Shown: positions 42,799 through 51,831 of the stretch, piece after piece
Position numbering within the stretch: the first letter of the stretch is position 1
Layout: every line of letters begins with the position of its first letter
Assembly (NCBI GenBank): GCA_964389135.1
Contig: CAYMDA010000003.1
Span: forward strand, 105,206-169,205
From: an uncultured Verrucomicrobiota bacterium
GTDB taxonomy: Bacteria > Verrucomicrobiota > Verrucomicrobiia > Limisphaerales > CAIMTB01
Reading direction: 5' to 3'
Length of the DNA: 64,000 bases
The notes under the pieces: model-generated
What the model was told of the DNA's origin: nothing
The model's input: the letters and a program-made list of their open reading frames with translations, nothing else
Database searches by the model: none
Position numbers and translations under genes: made by a program

Positions 42799-45700
42799 TC
42801 AGAAGCTGCGGCTGATCTCGAAGTACACGAACCGGCCGAGGATGTCGTACGTGGACTTGTCCGTGTTGTCCTCGTAGGCGGCCGCGATCAGGGGCGGATC
42901 GGAGTCCGTGAAGTTCAGGCATCCCACGGTGAGCCGCGTGCCGTCGTACCACTGCCGGGAGGACCGTCGGTGGCGCCCGAGCTCGAAACTGACCTGGACA
43001 TCGAGCCGGTACCAGTCGTCCACCGTCCAGACGGAGCCGTCCCACGTGTAGCCGTTGAACCCGGGGCTGAAGGAGCCGTTGGCGGGATGGGCCGTGCCCG
43101 GCGACTCCACGCTGGGGATGTACTGGGCGAACAGGGTGACGTCGAGCGAGTGCGCGCCGAGCGGCATCTCCCAGTGGACGCCCGAATTGACGATGTAGTC
43201 CGGCAGCGTGCCCTGGGCGCCCGCCGTGCCGAGCGACGCGTCGGTGTACAGTCCGTCGTAGGAGTAGGGGCCGCCGATCGCCGGGTCGCTGTACTCGAAG
43301 CCAAGCAGCAGGCTGGCATTGGCAAAGAGGGTGAACGTGCCCGCCGCCCCGGTGGGGACGACATACTCGAGTCCGAAATCGATCCCGTGTGTCTGGACGC
43401 GGGCGCCGTTGAGAAGCGGCACGCCGAGGTCGCCCCAGTCCGCGTCGTTCGCCTGGTCCGGCTCGCCGGTGGTGATGCGGGAACCGTCGGATCGCGTGAA
43501 GTACCGCGCCCATGGCGACGCCGCGCCGAGGGCGTTGATGCTGTCCACCATGATCTGGGGGGACATGCGGAAGATGTCGTTGCGCGTCGTGATCCGATAA
43601 TAGTCGACGCTCAGGGTCAGCCCGCGCACGGCCCGGGGCGAGATCACGATGCCGAAGCCCCAGTTCTCCGCGTCCACCGCGTCGAGGTCGTCGTTGGACA
43701 GGTTCGACGTGTACTCCTGACGGAAGTCGATCGGACCGCCCGGCGATTGCGGGAGGGCGAGCACGGGCGCGCTCTGGGATGTCCCGCCGAAGAGTTCCCA
43801 CGTGGTGGGCGCGACGAAGCTCCTGGAGTACGTGGCGCGAAGGGTCCATTGCTCGTCGACCGGCTGCCAGCGCACCGACACCTTCGGGACCGTGGCCTCG
43901 CCGCCCGGGTCAAACTGTTCGTGCCGGCCGGAGGCGCTCACCTCGAGGCGGTGGAGGCCCGGGATCCCCATCTGCGGCGCGGCGAGCGGAATCCGTGTCT
44001 CGACGAAGACGGCCCAGTTGTCCCGCTCCCCGGAGGTCGGCGAGCGCGCGGTGATTCCCGGGGTCCTCCCCCGCAGCGTGAGGGGGTCGAAATCGACGGA
44101 GAGCGACTCAGAACCGACGCTCACGCCGGACGCGAAGCGGAAATCCCCCGCCGGAAGCTCGAACGGAGCGCCCGCGACGACGGCCGTGAGGTTCCATTCG
44201 TCGGAGGTCCCGGTGCGCCGCAGCGTGGACCGGATCGCGTCCAGCGTCCGGGGATCATTGAAGCCGTCGGAAAGGCGGCCGCCGGAGAAGAGGTTGTAGA
44301 CGGGAACCGGTCCGTGCCGGTCGGAGAGCTGGCTGAGCGGCCTGCCGCTGACAGGGTCGATGACCGGTTGTCCCGCGGCGTCGAGCAGCGGCCGCAGCGA
44401 GAGGTCGAGCGCCTCCCCGTTGAGCGCGTTGCGGGTGCGCTGGACCTGGTCATAGCGATTGTACGTGCCCGCGACCTCGTAGCCGTAGTCCCCCTCCAGC
44501 TCGCCGCGAAGGCCGCCCGCGACGTGGAAATAGTCCGTGTCCGACTTGAACACACGCTTGCCGAGATCGACGAAGCGGCTGCGCACGCGCGGCGACGCCG
44601 CGCCGTCGGCGCCGAGATCGATGCCGAACGGATTGTAGGGATTGTCCGCGGGCAGCCGGATGTTCGCCTGCGCCGCGCCGAGTCCGCTCACGGGCGACGG
44701 GGCGAGGGACCCTTCACTGCGGATTCCCGCGTAGAGAAAGTCCGCGAAGACCTTCATGCGGTCCTCGAGGATCTGGTGCTCGGCCGCCGCGAAGAACTGC
44801 GCGCGATCCTGCTCCTGAAGGACGTGGGTGCCGAACAGCGCCGTGTTGAGAGGCGTGCTGTCTCCCTCGCGGATGTAGGGATCAGGCGCGCCCGGGTTGG
44901 CCGCGCGAAAGGCCTCGAGATAGTCCGCGATGGCGGTCGGCCCGGAGAAGGTCATGCCGGGAAGCACCGGGGGCGTCGTGTAGGCGGCTCGATTCAATTC
45001 GTACGTCCCGGTGCTGTCCTGGATCCTGCCCGCGAAGGAGGGGCTCAGATAACTCACTCCGTTCGGGTAGATATTCCGCGCGTCGAGTTCCGCGACGCCC
45101 AGGTGGGCGATGTCGCGTTCCGTGCTGAGCACGGGATCGCGGTGATGATACTGCGCGGCCGCCATGAACCAGCCCCTGTCGGTGGGCCAGCCGGCGACCA
45201 TGGAGGCGCCGTGCTCGGCCGCGCTGCCCTCCCCCGTGGCGACGCCGTACCGGCCGCCGATCTCCAGCCCGGAGAACTCCCTTTTCGTGATGATGTTGAT
45301 GACGCCTCCGACCGCCTCCGAGCCGTAGAGCGCCGAGGCGCCGTCCTTCAGGATCTCGACGCGCTCGATCGCCGCCAGCGGGATCGTGTTCAGGTCCACC
45401 AGCTGGCCGTTGCTGAAGGAGGAGTTGCCCAGCCTCCGGCCATTCAGGAGGACCAGTGACCTGAGGTTGCGGATACCGGCGTAGGATTCCCCGAAACCGC
45501 CGTCATTGACCTCATGGCCGGTGTTGAAGTTGCCGGTGAGCGCCGGGGTGATGCGTTCGAGCGTCTGAAGCAGGTCCGTCGTGCCGAGCTCCCGGATGCG
45601 CGCGGCGGTGGCGGAGTCCAGCGGCGCCATTCCGGCCCGCAGGCCGGGCGTCGGAGCGATGTAGGTTCCAGTGACTTCGATCGGGGGAAGCTCCGTGACC

Positions 45701-45921
45701 TCATCCGGAGTCGGGAAGGCTTGCCTGCCGTCCGGCCCGGGAGTCACGTTTGCCGCGCCGGCGGATGCCGACGGGGCGAGAACGGGCGCAAGCACCGCGA
45801 GCGCGGCGGTGAGTTTGAGGGAACGCGAGTGGGTGAACACGTCCGCGATGCGCCGCAGGACTCCCGGTGAAATCCGCCGGGAACGCCGCGCCGCAGTGTT
45901 CGCCCGATGACGTGAACTCAC
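42799..45921 (-). CDS. TonB-dependent outer-membrane receptor
   Basis: Signal peptide. Plug domain (LLNGRRLG...IPLAAIERVEILKDGASALYGSEAVGGVINIITK). Long beta-barrel region. Terminal aromatic residue (...YFEISRSF). GTG start preceded by AAAGGAG. Confidence 0.9.
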   Translation of the reverse strand: MSSRHRANTAARRSRRISPGVLRRIADVFTHSRSLKLTAALAVLAPVLAPSASAGAANVTPGPDGRQAFPTPDEVTELPPIEVTGTYIAPTPGLRAGMAPLDSATAARIRELGTTDLLQTLERITPALTGNFNTGHEVNDGGFGESYAGIRNLRSLVLLNGRRLGNSSFSNGQLVDLNTIPLAAIERVEILKDGASALYGSEAVGGVINIITKREFSGLEIGGRYGVATGEGSAAEHGASMVAGWPTDRGWFMAAAQYHHRDPVLSTERDIAHLGVAELDARNIYPNGVSYLSPSFAGRIQDSTGTYELNRAAYTTPPVLPGMTFSGPTAIADYLEAFRAANPGAPDPYIREGDSTPLNTALFGTHVLQEQDRAQFFAAAEHQILEDRMKVFADFLYAGIRSEGSLAPSPVSGLGAAQANIRLPADNPYNPFGIDLGADGAASPRVRSRFVDLGKRVFKSDTDYFHVAGGLRGELEGDYGYEVAGTYNRYDQVQRTRNALNGEALDLSLRPLLDAAGQPVIDPVSGRPLSQLSDRHGPVPVYNLFSGGRLSDGFNDPRTLDAIRSTLRRTGTSDEWNLTAVVAGAPFELPAGDFRFASGVSVGSESLSVDFDPLTLRGRTPGITARSPTSGERDNWAVFVETRIPLAAPQMGIPGLHRLEVSASGRHEQFDPGGEATVPKVSVRWQPVDEQWTLRATYSRSFVAPTTWELFGGTSQSAPVLALPQSPGGPIDFRQEYTSNLSNDDLDAVDAENWGFGIVISPRAVRGLTLSVDYYRITTRNDIFRMSPQIMVDSINALGAASPWARYFTRSDGSRITTGEPDQANDADWGDLGVPLLNGARVQTHGIDFGLEYVVPTGAAGTFTLFANASLLLGFEYSDPAIGGPYSYDGLYTDASLGTAGAQGTLPDYIVNSGVHWEMPLGAHSLDVTLFAQYIPSVESPGTAHPANGSFSPGFNGYTWDGSVWTVDDWYRLDVQVSFELGRHRRSSRQWYDGTRLTVGCLNFTDSDPPLIAAAYEDNTDKSTYDILGRFVYFEISRSF

Positions 45922-46106
45922 TGCCCGCTCCTTTCGGGCAGCATGGAATCATCGTCCCGGTTCCGCCACGCCATGCCTGAACCGGGTTCTATGGGTCGTG
46001 CCCGGACGAGTCAAGCCACCATGGCCGGGGCGGCCGCGCGCATGCCCGCCCGTCCCGGGAAACCCCTGGAACTCACGATCGGGACCGCGGCCGCGTCACG
46101 TGAGGC

Positions 46107-47216
46107 TCAGCGGAGGCGGTCCGGATTCAGTCCTCGGAGGTCCGACGGCACGAAGAGGCCGTCCTTCCGGATCAGCTCGCCGTCGAACAGGATCTCGCCG
46201 CCGCCCCATTCCGGGCGCTGGATGAGCACCATGTCCCAGTGCACGGCCGAGCGATTGCCGTTGTCACATTCCTCGTACGCCTGCCCCGGAGTGAGATGGA
46301 GGGAACCCGCGATCTTCTCGTCGAAGAGAATGTCGCACATCGGGTTCTCGATGTACGGGTTGAAGCCGAGGCTGAACTCGCCCGTGTACCGGGCTCCCGC
46401 GTCGGTATCGAGGATCTCGTTCAGGCGCGCCGTGTTGCTGGAGCTGGCCTCGACGATCTTCCCGTTCCTGAACACGAGGCGGACCTGGTCGAAGCGCGTG
46501 CCCGCGTAAAGGGTGGGCGTGTTGAACTGGATCGTACCGTTGACGGAGTTCTTCACCGGGCAGCTGAAGACCTCGCCGTCGGGAATGTTGCGGTCGCCGC
46601 GGCACATCTTCGCGCCGATGCCGCGGATGCTGAACGACAGGTCGGTGCCCGGTCCGCGAATCTCGACGCGGTCGGCCTGCTGCATCCGGCGCGCGAGGGG
46701 CTCCATGGCCTTGGCCATGCGGCGGTAGTCCATGGTGCAGACGTTGAAATAGAGGTCCTCGAACGCCTCGGTGCTCATGCCGGCGGCCTGCGCCATGCTC
46801 GGCGTGGGCCAGCGCAGGACGCACCAGCGGGTCTTCTTGACGCGGTGATCGATGACCGGCCGCAGGGTCTTCGAGTAGAGTTGCAGCTTCGCGGCCGGGA
46901 CGTCGGACGCCTCGTTCGCGTTCATGCTGCCGCGCACCGCGATGTAGGACTGGACGCGCTTCATGCGGTGCATCTCGAGGTCCTTGATCAGGCGCGCGTG
47001 CTTCTCGTCCGTGCACCGCATGATCTCGCGGCTGATCCGCGTGTGCCGCACCTCCACGAGCGGGATGCCGCCTGCCTTGCGCACCGCGCGCATGAGCTCC
47101 ACCGTGAACTCGTCCGGCACATCGATCATGTCGAGAAGGACGACGTCGCCGGGGGTGATCCGGGTGGAGTAGTCCACGAGCAGGTGCGCGAGCTTGGCGT
47201 AACGCGGATCCGTCAT
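46107..47216 (-). CDS. M29 family aminopeptidase (AmpS/PepS-like)
   Basis: YAKLAHLLVDYSTRITPGDVVLL at the N-terminus and C-terminal HLTPGQAY...SAVHWDMV match aminopeptidase T/S family signatures. Confidence 0.8.
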   Translation of the reverse strand: MTDPRYAKLAHLLVDYSTRITPGDVVLLDMIDVPDEFTVELMRAVRKAGGIPLVEVRHTRISREIMRCTDEKHARLIKDLEMHRMKRVQSYIAVRGSMNANEASDVPAAKLQLYSKTLRPVIDHRVKKTRWCVLRWPTPSMAQAAGMSTEAFEDLYFNVCTMDYRRMAKAMEPLARRMQQADRVEIRGPGTDLSFSIRGIGAKMCRGDRNIPDGEVFSCPVKNSVNGTIQFNTPTLYAGTRFDQVRLVFRNGKIVEASSSNTARLNEILDTDAGARYTGEFSLGFNPYIENPMCDILFDEKIAGSLHLTPGQAYEECDNGNRSAVHWDMVLIQRPEWGGGEILFDGELIRKDGLFVPSDLRGLNPDRLR

Positions 47217-47256
47217 GCGGGGAAACTATCGGAACCCGGCCCTGCGGCGCCAGTCG

Positions 47257-49323
47257 TCACGGAACGCTCAGTACCGCCGCGCGCGGGCGGGAAGGATCCC
47301 GGCCGTCCTCGGCCCGCGGCCGGCCCGGCTCCCCCTGCCCCGCCGGGAGCAGGTGTTCCTCGAGGAATCGCACGATCGCCAGAAAAAGGAAGTCGGCATT
47401 CGATTTCCTGGCGAACCCGTGTCCCTCATCCCGCGCCAGCAGGTACCAGACATCTCCCCCCGCGTCGCGGACCGCCTTCACCATCTGTTCGGATTCGGAG
47501 ACCGGGACGCGCGGATCATTCAGGCCCTGCGCCACGAACAGGGGCCGCCGGATGCGGGAGGCCTGGTTCAGCGGCGAGATGCGGTCCAGGAAGGCGGCCA
47601 TTTCCGGGTCGGTCTCGTCGCCGTACTCGGCGCGGCGGAGGTCGCGCCGGTAATCCTGCGTGTTCCGGAGGAACGTCGTGAAGCTCGAGATGCCCACGAC
47701 ATCGATGCCGCAGCGGAGGCGGTCGCCGAAGCGGAGCATCGAGGCGAGTGTCATATAGCCTCCGTAGCTGCCGCCGTACACCGCGATGCGCTCCCCGTCG
47801 ATGCCGGGGTCCGCGGCCATCAGGTCGAGAAACGCGCCGATGTCCCGCACGGCGTCCTCCCGCCGCATTCCGTTGTCGAGCAGCAGGAACGACTTTCCGT
47901 AGCCCGAGGAGCCGCGGACGTTCGGATACAGCAGCGCGAGGCCCATGCGTTCCACAAGGTAGTTCCAACGCCCGAGAAACCTCGGCCTCGACTGCGACTC
48001 CGGGCCGCCATGGATGCTGATCACCAGCGGCCGCGGCCCGGGAAATCTTCGGGGATCCGGGCGGTGCAGAAAACCGCTGATCTCAAGCCCGTCAAAGCTC
48101 CTGACCCGCACCAGTTCCGGCTCGACGAACCGCGAGGGCCGCAGTCCGCCGGTCTGGCTTCGAGTCCAGCGCGTGAGCTTCCGGCCTCCGATGCGCGCGG
48201 ACCACGCCTCGCCCGGAGACGTGGTCGAGCTGAGCGTGAAGGCGACCTCGCTCCCGTCGGGACGCCATGCGAGATCCGAGGCGACACCCATGGGCAGCTC
48301 GGGAACGGGCAGCTCGCGGGCGGTCTCGAGGTCGAGAACGCGCAGTTCGCTGCGGCCGCCCACGTTGTGCACCACGGCGACGGCGCCCGCCGCCGGGGAG
48401 ATCTCCATGGCCTCGACATCCCCCTCCACCGCGGGCCCGAACGCCGTCAACTCCCCCGTCTCGAGGTCGATCCGGGCGAGTCGGAGGAACTCGCTGTCGA
48501 GATCGGTGGCGATGAGAATCCGGCGCCCGTCGGGAAGGAAGCGCCCGCCCGGGTAGGCGACCCGTTCGCCGTGTTCGGGCGTGATCCGCGCGGGCCGCCC
48601 CGTCTCGCGATCGATCAGGTGAAGCGAGCTCTCGTTGATGGAGAGGTACAGTACCGCGAGGATCCGGCTCCCGTCGGGCGACCAGTCGGCGATGCGCCAC
48701 CCGTTGCCGGTGAGTTCCGCGACACGCCGGTCCGAGGACGGATCGGCCGGGTCGATGACATGGAAGTCCGCGTCGCGCCCGTTGCGCCGCGTGGACGCGT
48801 AGGCGAGCAGCCTGCCATCGTGCGCCCAGCGCGGGCCGAAGTTCCTCGAGCGGCCGTCCGTCAGCAGCTCGATTTCACCGGTCCCCACCGCGAGCCGGTA
48901 GAGCTGGTGGAATTCGCTGCCCCCACGGTCGCTCGAGAAGACGATGCGCGAGGGGTCGGCCGGCTGGTACGAGCCGCCGGTGACGCGATCCTCGAGCGAC
49001 GTGAGCGGCCGCGGAAAGGCGCCGGGACGCCTCACGACGTGGAGCTGTTCCGTGTCGCCGCGCCGCGTGGTGATCAGGATGTCGCGCCGCCCGGGATGCC
49101 AGTCCAGGAACGTCGAGGCGCGAAACTCGAGGAACGGACCGACCTCCCGCGCGAGGGACTCCGGGATTTCCGGGATTCCGTCGGTGACGATCTGCCGCGG
49201 GACCGGGAAGGCCGGTTCCGGGCCGGCCTTGCCCGCGGCGGCCTGCATGAGGAGGCCCGCGAGGAGGAGGCGTCGAAGGATCATGCGAGCCGGCACCCTG
49301 CGCGCGGGGCGGCGCGCGTTCAA
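47257..49323 (-). CDS. S9 family peptidase (prolyl oligopeptidase/dipeptidyl aminopeptidase-like) with N-terminal beta-propeller
   Basis: Propeller-like repeats (WSPDGSRI, WRPDGSEVAF). Catalytic domain with GGSYGGYMT (Ser), NDPRVP (Asp) and DEGHGF (His). A later start (MILRRL, 49284) is possible. Confidence 0.85.
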   Translation of the reverse strand: MNARRPARRVPARMILRRLLLAGLLMQAAAGKAGPEPAFPVPRQIVTDGIPEIPESLAREVGPFLEFRASTFLDWHPGRRDILITTRRGDTEQLHVVRRPGAFPRPLTSLEDRVTGGSYQPADPSRIVFSSDRGGSEFHQLYRLAVGTGEIELLTDGRSRNFGPRWAHDGRLLAYASTRRNGRDADFHVIDPADPSSDRRVAELTGNGWRIADWSPDGSRILAVLYLSINESSLHLIDRETGRPARITPEHGERVAYPGGRFLPDGRRILIATDLDSEFLRLARIDLETGELTAFGPAVEGDVEAMEISPAAGAVAVVHNVGGRSELRVLDLETARELPVPELPMGVASDLAWRPDGSEVAFTLSSTTSPGEAWSARIGGRKLTRWTRSQTGGLRPSRFVEPELVRVRSFDGLEISGFLHRPDPRRFPGPRPLVISIHGGPESQSRPRFLGRWNYLVERMGLALLYPNVRGSSGYGKSFLLLDNGMRREDAVRDIGAFLDLMAADPGIDGERIAVYGGSYGGYMTLASMLRFGDRLRCGIDVVGISSFTTFLRNTQDYRRDLRRAEYGDETDPEMAAFLDRISPLNQASRIRRPLFVAQGLNDPRVPVSESEQMVKAVRDAGGDVWYLLARDEGHGFARKSNADFLFLAIVRFLEEHLLPAGQGEPGRPRAEDGRDPSRPRAAVLSVP

Positions 49324-49417
49324 GATCGCGTGTCCCGGCGTGCCCGCTCCCCATGGGATCGCCGCGGCGGCGGACTTGCGCCGAACCCGGGATGGGGATT
49401 AGGTCTGCCCGCCGTTC

Positions 49418-50209
49418 ATGACACCGCGCGCCCTAGTTGTCTCACCCACCTACAACGAGCGCGGCAATCTCGGGGAGCTGGTCGATCGTTTCCTCGCCCT
49501 TCCCGACGAGATTCACCTGCTGATCGTCGATGACAATTCACCCGACGGCACGGGACAACTCGCCGATGAGATCGCCGCACGCGAACCGCGGGTGCATGTC
49601 CTGCACCGTGCGGAGAAGGACGGCCTCGGACGGGCGTACATCGCCGGATTCCAGTGGGCCCTGGAGCGGGAGTACCCGTTCGTGCTGGAGATGGACGCGG
49701 ATCTTTCCCACAACCCGGCGGACGTCCCGAGGCTGCTCGAGGCTGCGGCCGACGCCGACCTCGTGCTGGGCTCGCGCTACCGCGACGGCATCCGCGTGAT
49801 CAACTGGCCGCTGAACCGGCTGATGCTGAGCCTCGGCGCCGCCCTTTACGTGCGACTGATCACGGGCATGCCATTCTCGGATCCCACCGGCGGCTTCAAG
49901 TGCTTCCGGCGCGAGACACTGCGGAAGCTGGACCTCGAGACGGTGCGCTCCAACGGCTACAGCTTCCAGATCGAGCTCACCCATCGGGTCTGGCGGCAGG
50001 GACTCCGGGTCACCGAGGTGCCCATCATCTTCACGGACCGTTTCTTCGGCAAATCGAAGATGTCCGGGCGCATCGTGCGGGAGGCCCTGCTGATGGTGTG
50101 GCGGCTCTGGATTCAGAACGGGATGCGCCGCCGCCCCCGGCCATGGAAGGCGGGGCGGAGCGATTCACCGGCCGATGGGCCGACCGGGACCGACGCGAGG
50201 GACTCGTGA
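49418..50209 (+). CDS. polyprenol monophosphomannose synthase (GT2, dolichyl-phosphate mannose synthase-like)
   Basis: VVSPTYNERGNL, LIVDDNSPDGT, EMDADLSHNP and GGFKCFRRE are typical Dpm1/Ppm1-type GT2 motifs. Confidence 0.85.
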   Translation: MTPRALVVSPTYNERGNLGELVDRFLALPDEIHLLIVDDNSPDGTGQLADEIAAREPRVHVLHRAEKDGLGRAYIAGFQWALEREYPFVLEMDADLSHNPADVPRLLEAAADADLVLGSRYRDGIRVINWPLNRLMLSLGAALYVRLITGMPFSDPTGGFKCFRRETLRKLDLETVRSNGYSFQIELTHRVWRQGLRVTEVPIIFTDRFFGKSKMSGRIVREALLMVWRLWIQNGMRRRPRPWKAGRSDSPADGPTGTDARDS

Positions 50210-50231
50210 CGCGCCCGCGCCCGCGGGCGCG
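50210..50231. terminator. palindromic GC hairpin filling the gap between convergent genes
   Basis: CGCGCCCGCG (50210-50219) pairs with CGCGGGCGCG (50222-50231). It lies exactly between the stop codons at 50207-50209 (+) and 50233-50235 (-). The loop must open 1-2 inner pairs. No U-tract. Confidence 0.35.
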
Positions 50232-50232
50232 G

Positions 50233-51024
50233 TCATCCCTGGAACATCTTCTTCTCCCACCTGGACTGCTTGCCCTTCGCCTCGCGGATGAACGGTGCGA
50301 GCGTCGCCATGTTGAGCACCCGTTCGTTGATCCACGCGTAGGGCTGGCGCATGGGGCGCGCGAAATCCACGAACAGCACGACCCGCCAGCCGTCGGTGTC
50401 GTTCCACACCTCGTGGTTGTACGTGTCGTCGAAGATCAGGCACTTCCCCTCCTCCCAGTGGTGGATCTGGTCGGCGATGCGGATGCGCACGCGCTCGCGC
50501 GGCTCGGGCACGATCAGCCCGAGGTGCAGGCGCAACACGCCCACGTAGGGACCGCGATGCGGCGGGATGTGCTTGCCGGGCGACAGAATCGAGAAGAACG
50601 CGGTCTTGAGCCCCGGAATCTTCCGGAGGATCCGCATCGTCTCCGGGCAGCGGCGCGCGTTCCCCTCGCAGTCCATGCCGATGCCCGTGAGGAAGAACGT
50701 CTTCCAGTTGTCGTCCTTCTGGATCAGACCGACCTCCTTCACGATGTCCTGAAACGACGGCATCCGGTCGCGATACTGCATGACCGCGTCCAGCTCGGCG
50801 CGGACGGCGCGCCATTCCGCCTCGATCTCGCGGACCCACGGGAACTGCTCGTTCGAATACACGGGCGTGTCCGGCACGATCGACGCGCGCGCGAGACGCG
50901 CCTCGAACGCGTCGGTCAGGCGGGCAAGCAGCTTCCGCGCGGGCGTGCGGGGCGGCTTCAGCCTGAACGTGCGGTCGAGGATGTTCGCGGGAATGTCCGG
51001 ACCTGTGAACTCCACCTTGTTCAT
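50233..51024 (-). CDS. aspartyl/asparaginyl beta-hydroxylase family (LpxO-like) dioxygenase
   Basis: IPPHRGPYVGVLRLHLGL and FDDTYNHEVWN contain the His/Asp/His iron ligand contexts of the Asp_Arg_Hydrox family. Start set at the internal ATG (MNKVEF). Confidence 0.75.
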   Translation of the reverse strand: MNKVEFTGPDIPANILDRTFRLKPPRTPARKLLARLTDAFEARLARASIVPDTPVYSNEQFPWVREIEAEWRAVRAELDAVMQYRDRMPSFQDIVKEVGLIQKDDNWKTFFLTGIGMDCEGNARRCPETMRILRKIPGLKTAFFSILSPGKHIPPHRGPYVGVLRLHLGLIVPEPRERVRIRIADQIHHWEEGKCLIFDDTYNHEVWNDTDGWRVVLFVDFARPMRQPYAWINERVLNMATLAPFIREAKGKQSRWEKKMFQG

Positions 51025-51094
51025 CGTTCCAATGCCGGGCAGAGGCTGCCGGGCGCGGACGCCACTGCCAACCCTGAAGCGGCGCAAAACACGT

Positions 51095-51709
51095 TCAGGG
51101 CAAATCGGACGCCGCCCCGGGCGGCTCGCCTCCCTCCCAGCGGAGCATCCGGAAGATGGAATCGCCATGGGACAGCATCCGCAGCTCGACCCAGCCCGGG
51201 GGGACGGAGACCTGGTCGCGCCGGGCGTGGCCCAGCACGAGCCGCCCGCCCCCGCGCAGCAGCCGTGCCGTCTCCGGGATCTCCATCAGCCGCTGGGACC
51301 AGGAGCGGGAGCGCCCGCCCCGGGCGGTCTTCGCCCCGAACGGCGGGTCCGCCATGATCAGGTCGAAGCGCGCGCCCTCGGCATGGAGCTGGCGCATGGC
51401 GGGCAGGACATCCTGCACCCGGAGCTGATGGCGGTCGGGAGGAAGCTGCAGCCGCCGCGCGTTCTCGCGAATGAACACCGCGTGGCGCGGGGACAGTTCC
51501 ACGCTCACCACCCGGCGCGCTCCACGGCTCAGGCATTCCAGCCCGAGCGCGCCCGATCCGGAGAACAGATCGAGGACCTCGGCGCCCTCCACGATGCTCC
51601 CGAGGCTGTTGAAGACCGCCTGCCGAACACGATCCGGCGTCGGTCGAACGGAAAGCCCGGCGGGCACATCGAGCAGTTGTCCGCCGGCGAACCCGCCAAT
51701 GATGCGCAT
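51095..51709 (-). CDS. rsmD: 16S rRNA (guanine966-N2)-methyltransferase
   Basis: MRIIGG..GG..L, RPTPDRVRQAVFN, VLDLFSGSGALGLE (SAM motif I), and IMADPPF (DPPF/Y catalytic motif). Start set at the internal ATG. Confidence 0.85.
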   Translation of the reverse strand: MRIIGGFAGGQLLDVPAGLSVRPTPDRVRQAVFNSLGSIVEGAEVLDLFSGSGALGLECLSRGARRVVSVELSPRHAVFIRENARRLQLPPDRHQLRVQDVLPAMRQLHAEGARFDLIMADPPFGAKTARGGRSRSWSQRLMEIPETARLLRGGGRLVLGHARRDQVSVPPGWVELRMLSHGDSIFRMLRWEGGEPPGAASDLP

Positions 51710-51831
51710 GCGGAAAGGATGGGAGGGAGGCGCGCGATTGGCGAATGGCGAAACGCCCCGCGGCGGCCGCGATGGATCCGGGCGCGAACTTGACCCGGTG
51801 CGGTCGGGGTTCAGAACATGCGTGGAGCAGA

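Noticed and set aside
42352-45459. 1035-aa plus-strand ORF
   Set aside because: It is antisense to the TonB-dependent receptor and the glcD start. It has Arg/Gly/Asp/Val-rich low-information composition and no motifs. The same reasoning applies to 24861..27716 (951 aa, antisense to the pseudoprotease-PqaA gene), 47215..49533 (772 aa, antisense to the S9 peptidase), 62334..63959 (541 aa, antisense to hemY), 41193..42815, 29023..30714 and 252..896 (antisense to ppdK).
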